A stretch of DNA of 64,000 bases from an uncultured Actinomycetes bacterium (GTDB taxonomy: Bacteria > Actinomycetota > Thermoleophilia > UBA2241): positions 303,791 to 367,790 of the forward strand of contig CAVTCH010000019.1 in NCBI GenBank assembly GCA_963733255.1, written 5' to 3'. The position numbers and the translations under genes are program-made. Every line of letters starts with the position of its first letter. Position 1 is the first letter of the stretch. Below the pieces are notes generated by a model, which saw nothing but the letters and a program-made list of their open reading frames with translations, had not been told where the DNA came from and did not search any database. Below are positions 7,975 through 16,993 of this stretch, in pieces.

Positions 7975-7976
7975 CG

Positions 7977-10625
7977 TCAGCCTTCGAGGAGCTCCCGGGC
8001 CCGGGCGACGCCGGCCTCGAGCGCGGCCGCCATGCCGGCGACGTTGTCGCCGCCGCCCCGAGCGAGCGTCGGCTTGCCGCCGCCGCGGCCGCCGATGGCG
8101 GGCATCATCGCCGCGAGGACATCGCCGGCGCGCAGCCCACGGCCCACGAGGGCGTCGGTGGCCGCTACCAGGGCCGCGACACGACCGTCGAAGACGGCCA
8201 GCAGCGCCACGGCCGCGTCGGGCCGCCTGGCGCGGATCTCGTCGGCCAGGGCGAGAAGCTCGTCGGGCCGCTGCACGGCGACCTCGCCCGCGACCAGCGT
8301 CGCCCCGCCCACGGCGTGAGCGTCGGCCAGAAGCTTCTCGACGCGATCGTGACGCTCGCCGGTCTCGGCCGCGCGAGCCGCCTGCCTGAGCTCTTCGGTC
8401 TCGGCCAGACGGCGGCGGACGGCGTCGGTGACGCGATCGGACGGAACGCCGAGCTCACCGGCCAGCTCGAGCTCGCGCGCCTCGACGCCGCGGTAGTACT
8501 CGATCGCCGCCGCCGACGTGATCGCTTCGACGCGCCGGGTGTTGGCGCCGACCGAGGTGCTGGCGGTGATCTTGCACAGGCCGATCTGGGAGGTCGACGA
8601 GACGTGGGTGCCGCCGCACAGCTCGCGGCTGAATTCGTCGATCTCGAGCACCCGCACGAACTCGCCGTACTTCTCCTCGAAGAAGGCCAGCGCGCCGATC
8701 TCGGCGGCGTACTCGCGAGTGGTGACGAAGGGCCGGACCGGGTGGTTTTCGACGATCCGGCGGTTCGCTAAGTCTTCGATCTGGCGTAGCTCGGCCGGCG
8801 TCGGCGCGCGCCGGGTCTTGTAGTCGAAGCGCAGCCGGTCGGGGGTGACCAGCGAGCCCGCCTGACGCACCTCGTCGCCGAGCACGATGCGGAGGGCGTT
8901 GTGAAGCAGGTGGGTGGCGGTGTGATTGCAGGCCGTCTGGTGGCGCCGCACGGCGTTGACCATGGCCTTGGCGCGCTCGCCGGAAACGACGCTGCCCTCG
9001 GTGAGCCGACCGACGATGACCTGGTCGTTCTCGAAGCGCAGCACGTCGGTCACATCGAGCTTGCCTGAGTCGGTGTGGATCCAGCCCGCGTCGGCGACCT
9101 GGCCGCCGCCCTCGGCGTAGAAGGGCGACTCGTCGAGCTTGAGAGCCACCCTGCCGTCGGCCAGTATGCGAGCGGCCCGCACCATGCTGTAGACCTCGAG
9201 GCGCTCGTAGCCGACGAAGGTGGTCGGCAGAGCCGCGCTGTCGCGCTGGAAGGTCTCGATCTCGCCCGGCCCGGTCTCGCCGGCGCGCTGGGCCTTGCGG
9301 GCCCGCTCGCGCTGTTCGGCCATCAGGCGCTCGAAGCCCTCCTCGTCGACGCTCATCCCCCTGTCCTGGACGATCTCGCGCGTGAGGTCGAAGGGAAACC
9401 CGTACGTGTCGTGGAGCTCGAAGGCGACGGCCGGCGGCAGCTCCGCGCCGGAGTCGCGCGCGCGGCGCAGGGCCTCGTCCAGGATGGCCATGCCCTGCGC
9501 GAGCGTGTGCGTGAAGCGCGCCTCCTCCTCGCCGGCGATGCGAACGATCGTGTCGCGGCTCGCGACCAGCGCCGGATACGCGGCGCCCATGAGCTCGATG
9601 ACGCGCTCGCAGAGGCGCGCGAGGAACGGCTCGTCGAGGCCGATCGAGACGCCCTGCTGCACGGCGCGGCGGATGATGCGCCGCAGCACGTAGTCGCGCC
9701 CCTCGTTGCCGGGCAACACGCCGTCCATGATGAGAAAGGCGATGCCGCGGGCGTGGTCGGCCATGACGCGCAGGGCGCGCGTCACAGCTTCGGTCGAGCC
9801 GTAGGTCTGGCCGGAGAGCTGCTCGCCGAGCTCGATCAGCGGCCGGAAGGCGTCGGTCTCGAAGATCGTCGTGACCCCCTGGTGGATCGCGCTGACGCGT
9901 TCGAGGCCCATGCCGGTGTCGATGCTCTGCGCGGCGAGCGGCGACAGGCCGCCGCGCTCGTCCATCTCATACTGTACGAAGACCAGGTTCCAGTACTCCA
10001 TCCAGCGGTCACACTCACAGCCGGGGCCGCAGTCGGGCCGCCCGCAGCCGAGCTCCTCGCCCATGTCGTAGTAGAGCTCGGAGCATGGTCCGCAGGGCCC
10101 CGTGGCGCCGGCCGGTCCCCAGAAGTTGTCGCTGCGTCCGAGGCGCACGATGTCGCCGTCCGAGAAGCCGTGCGACTTCCAGATCGCGATGGCCTCGTCG
10201 TCGACGGGCACCTGCTCGTCGCCGCCGAACACGCTGACCTTGATCCGTGCCCGGTCGATGCCGAGCTGCTCGGAGAACTCGAGCGCCCAGGCTATGGCGT
10301 CGCGCTTGAAGTAGTCGCCGATCGAGAAGTTGCCGAGCATCTCGAAGAAGGTCTCGTGGCGCGCCGTGTGCCCGACGCTCTCGATGTCGGAGGTGCGAAA
10401 GCAGCGCTGACAGGTCGTCAGCCGCGCGGCGGGCGGCGTGTCGACGCCGAGGTAGTAGGGCTTGAACTGCTGCATGCCGGCCGTCGTGAACAGCACGCTG
10501 GGGTCGCCGGCCGGCACGATCGAGGCCGGCGGCGGCGCCAGGTGTCCCCGCGCCTCGAAGAACTCGCTGAACGCGCGGCGGATCGCCGCCGACGACAGCA
10601 TCGGACCAGTCCCTGGGAGGGTCAT
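7977..10625 (-). CDS. alaS: Alanine--tRNA ligase
   Basis: FTTAGMQQFK, TFFEMLGNF, DTGMGLER, NHTATHLL, ELCGGTH, GGRGGG. Confidence 0.97.
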   Translation of the reverse strand: MTLPGTGPMLSSAAIRRAFSEFFEARGHLAPPPASIVPAGDPSVLFTTAGMQQFKPYYLGVDTPPAARLTTCQRCFRTSDIESVGHTARHETFFEMLGNFSIGDYFKRDAIAWALEFSEQLGIDRARIKVSVFGGDEQVPVDDEAIAIWKSHGFSDGDIVRLGRSDNFWGPAGATGPCGPCSELYYDMGEELGCGRPDCGPGCECDRWMEYWNLVFVQYEMDERGGLSPLAAQSIDTGMGLERVSAIHQGVTTIFETDAFRPLIELGEQLSGQTYGSTEAVTRALRVMADHARGIAFLIMDGVLPGNEGRDYVLRRIIRRAVQQGVSIGLDEPFLARLCERVIELMGAAYPALVASRDTIVRIAGEEEARFTHTLAQGMAILDEALRRARDSGAELPPAVAFELHDTYGFPFDLTREIVQDRGMSVDEEGFERLMAEQRERARKAQRAGETGPGEIETFQRDSAALPTTFVGYERLEVYSMVRAARILADGRVALKLDESPFYAEGGGQVADAGWIHTDSGKLDVTDVLRFENDQVIVGRLTEGSVVSGERAKAMVNAVRRHQTACNHTATHLLHNALRIVLGDEVRQAGSLVTPDRLRFDYKTRRAPTPAELRQIEDLANRRIVENHPVRPFVTTREYAAEIGALAFFEEKYGEFVRVLEIDEFSRELCGGTHVSSTSQIGLCKITASTSVGANTRRVEAITSAAAIEYYRGVEARELELAGELGVPSDRVTDAVRRRLAETEELRQAARAAETGERHDRVEKLLADAHAVGGATLVAGEVAVQRPDELLALADEIRARRPDAAVALLAVFDGRVAALVAATDALVGRGLRAGDVLAAMMPAIGGRGGGKPTLARGGGDNVAGMAAALEAGVARARELLEG

Positions 10626-10670
10626 GCGCACCTCATCGTCGCGTTATGTCTACCCGTCAGAGCCGGTGCG

Positions 10671-11750
10671 TCACAGCGCACCCTCGCCGATGTTCGCTCG
10701 TAGCTTCTCGAGCGCCCGGCGGATGAGCCGTGACACATGCATCTGCGAAATGCCGACGCGCGCGGCGATCTGCGACTGCGTGAGGCCTTCGAAGAAGCGC
10801 AGATGAAGGATGTAGCGCTCGCGAGCGTCGAGCTTGGCGAAGCCCGGCGCGAGCATGGTGCGATCCTCCATGGTGTCGTAGGCCGCTTCTTCGGTGCCCA
10901 TGTAGTCGATCAGACCGGTCTCGTCGTCGCCCGACTCGCCGTTGGGCGCGGCCTGCAGCGAGACCGAGTTGTAGGCCTGGCTGGTCTCGAGCGCTTCGAG
11001 CACTTCTTCGGGCGTGGCCCCGGCCGCTTCGGCGATCTCGTTGATGGTCGGCGAACGCTGCAGCTTGGGCACGAGCTCATCGATCACCTTGTTCAGGCGG
11101 ATGTTCAACTCCTGCAGGCCACGCGGCACGCGCACCGACCAGCCCTTGTCGCGGAAGTAGCGCTTGATCTCGCCGATGATGTTGGGTGTGGCGTAGGTAG
11201 TAAGCTCGACGCCACGTGTGAGGTCGAACCGGTCGATGGCCTTGATCAGACCGATCGAGCCGACCTGCACCAGATCGTCGAAGTGCTCGCCACGCGACGA
11301 ATACCGCCGCGCCAGCGAGCGCACGAGCGGCAGATACATCGTGATCAGCTGGTCGCGCGCCCGGCGGTCGCCGTGCAGGTGATAGCGACGAAGCAGGAAC
11401 TGGTCGAGCTTCTCGGATTCGTCCTTGCCACGACTCGTGGGCGGCACGACGCGGGCGATCAGGTCTTCGTCGTCGTCCTCGGTCTCGTCGGAGAGCGCAC
11501 CGGCTCGGGTCTCGTCGTCGTCGGTCTCGCCGTCGGTCTCGCCCTGGTCGTCGGCCTCGGTCTCTTCGCCGTCGTCGGGCTTGTCGCCCTCGACCGCGTC
11601 GCGTGAGCCGAGCGAGTCATCGTCTGACCCAGGGTCGCCCCGGCGCGCGTCGGGCGCCCGTCGCTCGTCGGCGCCGGACGTCGTCTCTTGCCCTTCGGGC
11701 GCTCCGGCGAGCTCGTCGCCGGGCCGGTCAGTCGTGTCGGCGTCAGCCAT
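10671..11750 (-). CDS. SigB/SigF-family stress sigma factor with long acidic N-terminus
   Basis: DDLVQVGSIGLIKAIDRFD, TYATPNIIGEIKRYFRDKGWSVRVPR, GISQMHVSRL; start MADAD at 11750. Confidence 0.93.
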   Translation of the reverse strand: MADADTTDRPGDELAGAPEGQETTSGADERRAPDARRGDPGSDDDSLGSRDAVEGDKPDDGEETEADDQGETDGETDDDETRAGALSDETEDDDEDLIARVVPPTSRGKDESEKLDQFLLRRYHLHGDRRARDQLITMYLPLVRSLARRYSSRGEHFDDLVQVGSIGLIKAIDRFDLTRGVELTTYATPNIIGEIKRYFRDKGWSVRVPRGLQELNIRLNKVIDELVPKLQRSPTINEIAEAAGATPEEVLEALETSQAYNSVSLQAAPNGESGDDETGLIDYMGTEEAAYDTMEDRTMLAPGFAKLDARERYILHLRFFEGLTQSQIAARVGISQMHVSRLIRRALEKLRANIGEGAL

Positions 11751-11757
11751 GCAGACC

Positions 11758-12147
11758 TCAGCCGCCGCGCCGCTTGGCGAAGGCGACACAGTAGCAGTCG
11801 TCGGGCGCTGCGCAGACCTGGACGGACTGGACGACCCCACGCATGACCGTCTGCAGGTCGAAGCGTCCGGACCCGGCGGCGCCGGTGAGGCTCTCTTTGA
11901 GGACCGCGGAGCGGAATGGTCCGGCGGTCACGGTCACGCCGTCGTCGCCCACCTCGATGACCAGCTCGTGACGCGGCCCCTCGCCCGCGCTCTCGGCGGC
12001 CGACAGCAGCTCCTCGACGGCCACGTACAGATCCTGGATCGCGTCGAGGGGCAGGTCGACGCGCGCGGCCACACCGCCCAGGACCATGCGCACGACCGGC
12101 AGCGCGCCGGGTGAGGCAGTGACTTCGAGACGGATGGTATCTGCCAT
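11758..12147 (-). CDS. Degenerate RsbW-like anti-sigma factor
   Basis: N-terminal VVRMVLGGVAARVDL..DAIQDL.VAVEE pattern of RsbW/SpoIIAB; directly upstream of the sigma gene; ATP-binding motifs eroded. Confidence 0.7.
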   Translation of the reverse strand: MADTIRLEVTASPGALPVVRMVLGGVAARVDLPLDAIQDLYVAVEELLSAAESAGEGPRHELVIEVGDDGVTVTAGPFRSAVLKESLTGAAGSGRFDLQTVMRGVVQSVQVCAAPDDCYCVAFAKRRGG

Positions 12148-12159
12148 GATCGGCCTCGC

Positions 12160-12429
12160 CTAGATCGCCGGCTCGTCGTCGCGTGGCGCCGCCGCGACGA
12201 GCGCCTGATCGACCTGGCTCTCGCGTACGCGGGCCGCCCGCAGGCCGTCGTCGAGCGCCAGCCGCGCCCTGCGGCGAGCCACGCCGTAGCCGCGCCGCAC
12301 CTCGGAGGGCAGCTGCAGCAGTACCTCGGTGTAACTCTGGCCCGTCGTCTGCACACGTTCGCGCACGTAGAAAGCGACGCTCGCGCCGGCGAGCGCGCCA
12401 CCGAAAATGAGGGTCCCCCACAGCCTCAC
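12160..12429 (-). CDS. Small membrane-anchored hypothetical protein (YtxH-like position)
   Basis: GTG start overlapping the upstream stop; N-terminal hydrophobic LWGTLIFGGALAGASVAFY; about 89 aa. Confidence 0.6.
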   Translation of the reverse strand: MRLWGTLIFGGALAGASVAFYVRERVQTTGQSYTEVLLQLPSEVRRGYGVARRRARLALDDGLRAARVRESQVDQALVAAAPRDDEPAI

Positions 12430-13046
12430 GCGCCACTCTCCTCGTTCACACCGCTCGCCGGTTCGGGAGCCGGTGGCTCGGGCGCCTCGGGCGCGGGCGT
12501 GGCGCCGGCGGCTCCCGCCGCGGCGTCGGCGGCGGGGGCTTCGGCCGGTCGTGCCGGCGTCGCCGGCGGCTCGTCGTAGCCGGACGGCGGGCTCCACGAA
12601 GCGCCGCTCGGCGCACTCTCGTCGGATTCGGGCTCGGCGGCGTCGGCGCCGCGGTTGAAGAAGCTCGAGACGGCCTGCGAAACGCCTGCACCGAAGGCCG
12701 CCGCCTTCTTGGCCGGCACCGTGATCGCCGACTCGACCATGCGTGTCGTCTGGTCGACCTTCTCGGTGGCATCGACCACGCTCGTCATCACGACACCGAC
12801 CTTGTCGAGCTCGGTGTTGACGCCGTCGAGAGTCTCGGTCGCCTGCTTGAGGAGCGGCACCACCTCGGTGTCGACGTCGGTCATGAGCTTCTCGGCGGAG
12901 CGCAGCGTGCCGCCCAGCCGCACGAGGGCGTAGATCAGCCCGATGCCGACCGCGACAAGAAAGAACGCAGCGGCATAGCGCAACGCCATCGAGGGCGTGC
13001 TGGCACCCACGATCCACAGTGAATCAGTCATCGGCGTCGCCTCCAT
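12426..13046 (-). CDS. DUF948 (YoxC/YtxG-like) membrane protein with Pro/Ala/Glu-rich tail
   Basis: TM helix then coiled region LGGTLRSAEKLMTDVDTEVVPLL...LDKV. Confidence 0.75.
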   Translation of the reverse strand: MEATPMTDSLWIVGASTPSMALRYAAAFFLVAVGIGLIYALVRLGGTLRSAEKLMTDVDTEVVPLLKQATETLDGVNTELDKVGVVMTSVVDATEKVDQTTRMVESAITVPAKKAAAFGAGVSQAVSSFFNRGADAAEPESDESAPSGASWSPPSGYDEPPATPARPAEAPAADAAAGAAGATPAPEAPEPPAPEPASGVNEESGA

Positions 13047-13068
13047 CGTCGCGCTTCGGGCCTCGCTC

Positions 13069-14157
13069 TCAGCGCGGACACCCTATCACACCGGCAGAGG
13101 CCGTTGAACGTCGCGCGCCGGCCGTCGTGACGATGCCGCCGCCGACCACGACATCGTCTCTGTAGAGCACCGCCGACTGCCCCGGGGCGACCCCGGCGAA
13201 CGGCTCGCCGAGCTCGATCCGGGCGCGATCGCCGCCCAGCTTCGTGAGCGACGTGACGGTCACGGGCGCGGCCTTGTAGCGCAATTGGGCCATGAGACCC
13301 CTGCCGTCGCCGAGACCGCGGTCGGCGAGCTCGCGGACTTCGACGGACCGTACGGCCAGCCGGTCGGCGGGGCCGACCACGACGCGCCCGGACTCGGGCT
13401 CGACGGCCAGCACGTACAGCGGCTCGTCGGCGCTCACGCCGAGGCCACGCCGCTGGCCCACCGTGAACCGCCACCAGCCGTCGTGGCTGCCGAGCACGCG
13501 CCCGTCACCGTCGACGATCTCACCCGCCCGCCCGGGAGCGCCGCGTGTCGCCAGGAACTCGCGGTGGTCGCCGGGCGCAAAGCAGACATCCTGACTTTCG
13601 GCCTGCTCGGCCGGGGGAAGGCCGGCACGACGAGCCCACGCGCGGACCGCGGGCTTGGTGAGCTCGCCCAGCGGCAGCAGAAGGCGCTCCAGTGTCTCCG
13701 GGGGTACGCGCCAGAGCATGTACGACTGGTCCTTGTCGCGGTCGCGACCGCGCGCCACGCGCGCTGCGCCGGCCACCCGCACGACTCGCGCATAGTGGCC
13801 GGTAGCCACCCACGCGGCGCCGAAATGGTCGGCCAGCAAGAGCAGCCGTTGCAGGCGCCCGGGATTGCACTCGATGCAGGGATTCGGCGTCTCCCCGGCC
13901 AGGTACGACGCGACGAACGGCGACACCACCTCGGCTTCGAACCGCGGCTCGTCGTTCACGCTGAAGTGAGGGCTGCCGATGGCGTGGGCGCTTTCCCTGG
14001 CGCGCGCCAGGGCCGCCGGCGAGCAGCAGCTTCGTTCGTCGTCTTCCGGCCAGAGCTTCAGGGTGGCGGCCCGCACCTGGTAGCCGGCCTCCCGCAAGGC
14101 GAGGGCGGCCACGGCGCTGTCGACGCCGCCGCTCAGGCCTACGACGACGCTTTTTTT
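13069..14157 (-). CDS. mnmA: tRNA 2-thiouridine(34) synthase MnmA (no proximal start codon; see findings)
   Basis: VVVGLSGGVDS PP-loop, SCCS, TPNPCIECN, ATGHYA, KDQSY, ESQDVCF, TVGQRRGLG, APGQSAVLY. Confidence 0.95.
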   Translation of the reverse strand, partial: KKSVVVGLSGGVDSAVAALALREAGYQVRAATLKLWPEDDERSCCSPAALARARESAHAIGSPHFSVNDEPRFEAEVVSPFVASYLAGETPNPCIECNPGRLQRLLLLADHFGAAWVATGHYARVVRVAGAARVARGRDRDKDQSYMLWRVPPETLERLLLPLGELTKPAVRAWARRAGLPPAEQAESQDVCFAPGDHREFLATRGAPGRAGEIVDGDGRVLGSHDGWWRFTVGQRRGLGVSADEPLYVLAVEPESGRVVVGPADRLAVRSVEVRELADRGLGDGRGLMAQLRYKAAPVTVTSLTKLGGDRARIELGEPFAGVAPGQSAVLYRDDVVVGGGIVTTAGARRSTASAGVIGCPR

Positions 14158-14552
14158 CCGAGCACCTTCGCGACGTCTCCGGCGCGGCCCGCCTTGGTCA
14201 GGTAGTCCTCGATGGCGAGGTGCAGGGCGTCGGCGGCGAGGTTGGAGCAATGCATCTTCTGGGCCGGCAGCCCACCGAGCGCCTCGGCGACGGCCCTGTT
14301 GGAGATCTCGGCGGCTTCGTCGAGCGTCTTGCCCATGACCATCTCGGTCACCATGCTCGAGGTCGCCACCGCGGCGCCACAGCCGAACGTCTTGAACTTG
14401 ACGTCGGTGATGCGGTCGTCGTCGACCTTGATCGTCATGCGCATGACGTCGCCGCAGACCGGATTGCCGATCTGCCCGGCGCCGTCGGGTTCTTCGACCT
14501 CGCCGACGTTGCGAGGGTTCGAGAAGTGGTCCATCACGAGATCGGTGTACAT
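14139..14552 (-). CDS. iscU: Fe-S cluster scaffold protein IscU/NifU
   Basis: MDHFSNPRNVG, GNPVCGD, FKTFGCG, KMHCSNLA. Confidence 0.96.
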   Translation of the reverse strand: MYTDLVMDHFSNPRNVGEVEEPDGAGQIGNPVCGDVMRMTIKVDDDRITDVKFKTFGCGAAVATSSMVTEMVMGKTLDEAAEISNRAVAEALGGLPAQKMHCSNLAADALHLAIEDYLTKAGRAGDVAKVLGKKASS

Positions 14553-14556
14553 GTGC

Positions 14557-15714
14557 CTACCTCTTCACGTAGAGCGGACTCATCTCGCGCAGCCGCGCGA
14601 CGATGGGCGGGAAGACTTCGAGGAAGTAGTCGACGTCGGCGTCTGAGTTCTCGTGGCCGAGCGTGAGACGAACGCTGCCGTGAGCCTCCTCGGCGGCGTA
14701 GCCCATGCCGAGGATGACGTGCGAGGGCTCGAGCGAACCCGACGCGCAGGCCGAGCCGCTCGCCACCGCGACACCCTTGCCGTCGAGCTGCAGGACCATC
14801 GACTCGCCCTCGATGAAGCGCACCGAGACGCAGACGTTGCCCGGCAGCCGGTCTGTGGGATGGCCCAGATAGACCGTGTCGTCGATAGCCGAGAGCAGAC
14901 CTTCGGAAAGGCGGTCGCGGAGCGCTTCGAGCCGGGGGCGCTGGCTGGGCATCTCGGCCACGGCCAGCTCGAGCGCGGCGCCGAGACCGACGATGCCGGG
15001 CACGTTCTCGGTGCCCGAGCGCAGCCGTCGCTCGTGGCCACCGCCGTGCAGGATGGGCGCCACGCGTGTACCACGCCTGATGTAGAGCGCGCCGATGCCC
15101 TTGGGCCCGTACAGCTTGTGGCCCGACAGCGACAGCATGTCGACGCCCAGGTCGGCGACGTCGATGGGCAGCGCGCCCACGGCCTGGACGGCGTCGGTGT
15201 GGAACGCGGCGCCGTGCTCGTGCGCGATCCGGGCAAGCTCCTTGACGGGCTCGATGGTACCGACCACGTTGTTGGCGAACATGATGGACGCGAGACGCGT
15301 ATCGTCGCGAAACGAGGCGGCGTAGGCGTCGGTGTCGACGACGCCCCGGCTGTCGACCGCCGCGAAGGTCACCTCCCAGCCCTGGCGCATGAGGGCCCGC
15401 GCCGTCTCCATGACCGCGGGGTGCTCGATCGCGCTGACGATCAGATGCCCCGGCTCGAGGCGCGCAAGGAAGCCGCTCAGAGCCAGGTTGTCGGCCTCGG
15501 TGCCGCCGCTCGTGAAGACGATCTCCTTGTCGGCCGCGCCGAGCGCCGCCGCCACCTGGACACGAGCCTTGTCGACGGCTGCGCGGGTCTCGCGGCCGAA
15601 CCGATGGATCTCCGACGGATTGCCGTAGCGCTCCACGAAGTAGGGCTCCATCTCGGCGAAGACGCGCGGGTCGACCGCGGTCGTCGCCGCGTGGTCGAAG
15701 TACACGGTTCTCAT
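14557..15714 (-). CDS. iscS: Cysteine desulfurase IscS/NifS
   Basis: YFDHAATT, FTSGGTEADN, SGHKLYGPKG, SGSACASG. Confidence 0.96.
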   Translation of the reverse strand: MRTVYFDHAATTAVDPRVFAEMEPYFVERYGNPSEIHRFGRETRAAVDKARVQVAAALGAADKEIVFTSGGTEADNLALSGFLARLEPGHLIVSAIEHPAVMETARALMRQGWEVTFAAVDSRGVVDTDAYAASFRDDTRLASIMFANNVVGTIEPVKELARIAHEHGAAFHTDAVQAVGALPIDVADLGVDMLSLSGHKLYGPKGIGALYIRRGTRVAPILHGGGHERRLRSGTENVPGIVGLGAALELAVAEMPSQRPRLEALRDRLSEGLLSAIDDTVYLGHPTDRLPGNVCVSVRFIEGESMVLQLDGKGVAVASGSACASGSLEPSHVILGMGYAAEEAHGSVRLTLGHENSDADVDYFLEVFPPIVARLREMSPLYVKR

Positions 15715-16124
15715 GTCGTGATCGCCTCCACGCAAAGTTCATCGAGACTTATGTCGCCCAGCGCTCGGCTGATGGCGTCGTCGAGACGCCGCCACACGGC
15801 CTGCGACGCACAGCTGCCGGCCCTGGCGCAGCCGCCTTCGTCGGGCAGGCAGCCGACCAGCGACAACGGGCCTTCGATGGCGGTGACGATGTCGGCCACC
15901 GAGATGGCGCCGGCCGACCGCGACAGCCGGTAGCCGCCGCTCGCTCCGCGCGTGCTGGCGACCAGGCCGCCCTCGCGCAGACGAGCGAGGATGCGCTCGA
16001 GGAAGGCGGTCGGCATGTCTTCGCTGCGGGCAATCTCGGTGAGGGGCACGGGATCGTCGCTGTCGGCGCGCGCCAAGTAGATCATGGCGCGCAGGCCGTA
16101 CTCGCAGCGGGACGAGATCCGCAC
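15711..16124 (-). CDS. Rrf2-family regulator (IscR-like, three Cys)
   Basis: YGLRAM, LVASTRGASGGYRL, CLPDEGGCARAGSC; heads the iscS-iscU-mnmA operon. Confidence 0.92.
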   Translation of the reverse strand: MRISSRCEYGLRAMIYLARADSDDPVPLTEIARSEDMPTAFLERILARLREGGLVASTRGASGGYRLSRSAGAISVADIVTAIEGPLSLVGCLPDEGGCARAGSCASQAVWRRLDDAISRALGDISLDELCVEAITT

Positions 16125-16150
16125 CCCATGCCTCCCTGGCTCGCGGGCCG

Positions 16151-16202
16151 ATACACAACAGAATCAGTCGGGATTATGTACCACAGGGGTCGCACTCGTC
16201 AA
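16151..16202 (-). promoter_or_regulatory. Housekeeping promoter with overlapping IscR/Rrf2-type operator
   Basis: TTGACG-N18-CATAAT, overlapped and followed by AATCCCGACTGATTCTGTTGTGTAT (16151-16175), resembling IscR type-1 sites. Confidence 0.6.
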
Positions 16203-16320
16203 ACGAAAAGGGAGCGCCGCGCCGCGTTCGCGGCCGCCCGAACCGTGCGCCGGCGAGACGTTCGTGACCGCAGGGCGACACGACGCGAGGCCGCGACACG
16301 TCACATCGGATCGCGACGCA

Positions 16321-16352
16321 GAGCGGCCCCGGACGATCGTCCGGGGCCGCTC
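16321..16352. terminator. Perfect 32-bp palindrome, likely terminator
   Basis: GAGCGGCCCCGGACGATCGTCCGGGGCCGCTC downstream of the 16436 ORF. Confidence 0.6.
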
Positions 16353-16435
16353 AGGCAGACTTGGAGACGCGGTCGAGGGGCTACGGATCGGGCGTCGGCC
16401 CTGCGCGGAGGGCGCGCCCGCGGCCCCGCGAAACC

Positions 16436-16975
16436 CTAGGAGCCGAGGGCGTTCGCGACCACCTGGGACATGACCTTCTCGCTGATCCAGCCGGTGTATT
16501 CCTGGTAGACGCTGCCGTCGGGAGAGATCACGGCGAACGCCGGCGGCTGGCTGATCTTGAGCTGGGCGAGCACGTCGCCGAGCTCCGAGGCCTTGTGCGC
16601 CTCGAACGAGAAGAACGAGCCCTGGGCCGCGTACTTGGCCTTGATCGTGTTGAAGTAGCCGAGCATCTGCTGGTCTTCGACCGGGCCGGCGCAGTAGACG
16701 AGCAGGATGACGCCGCGCTTTTCGGTCAGCGGGTTCTTGATGAAGCCGGGCACGTTGCCGGACTGGGCGTTGACGGAGAGTGTCGGATAGCCGGTGATGC
16801 CGTAGCTGCCGGCCGTGTTGTAGGCGCCGACGACGGTCGTTGGGGTGACGGTCGCCTTGGGAGCGTTGGTGGCAAGGACGATGCCGCCGGTGAGGAGCGC
16901 CATGATCGCGGCCCCCATGACGATGATCAGGGCCGCCTTAATGAGAAACGACCGGTACGCGGGCTGGCCACTCAT
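16436..16975 (-). CDS. Membrane-anchored exported protein, possible thioredoxin-like fold without CxxC
   Basis: ATG 16975 with GGAGG; N-terminal TM; C-terminal PPAFAVISPDGSVYQEYTGW resembles the thioredoxin cis-Pro strand. Confidence 0.65.
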   Translation of the reverse strand: MSGQPAYRSFLIKAALIIVMGAAIMALLTGGIVLATNAPKATVTPTTVVGAYNTAGSYGITGYPTLSVNAQSGNVPGFIKNPLTEKRGVILLVYCAGPVEDQQMLGYFNTIKAKYAAQGSFFSFEAHKASELGDVLAQLKISQPPAFAVISPDGSVYQEYTGWISEKVMSQVVANALGS

Positions 16976-16993
16976 CTTCGCCTCCATCAGAAA

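Noticed and set aside
10626-10670. T-box leaders upstream of alaS or hisS/aspS
   Set aside because: Intergenic spaces are too short or absent and no T-box motif was seen.
14158-14250. Supplied TTG start for mnmA at 14250
   Set aside because: It lies inside conserved iscU sequence, lacks an obvious RBS and gives an Arg-rich off-frame leader.
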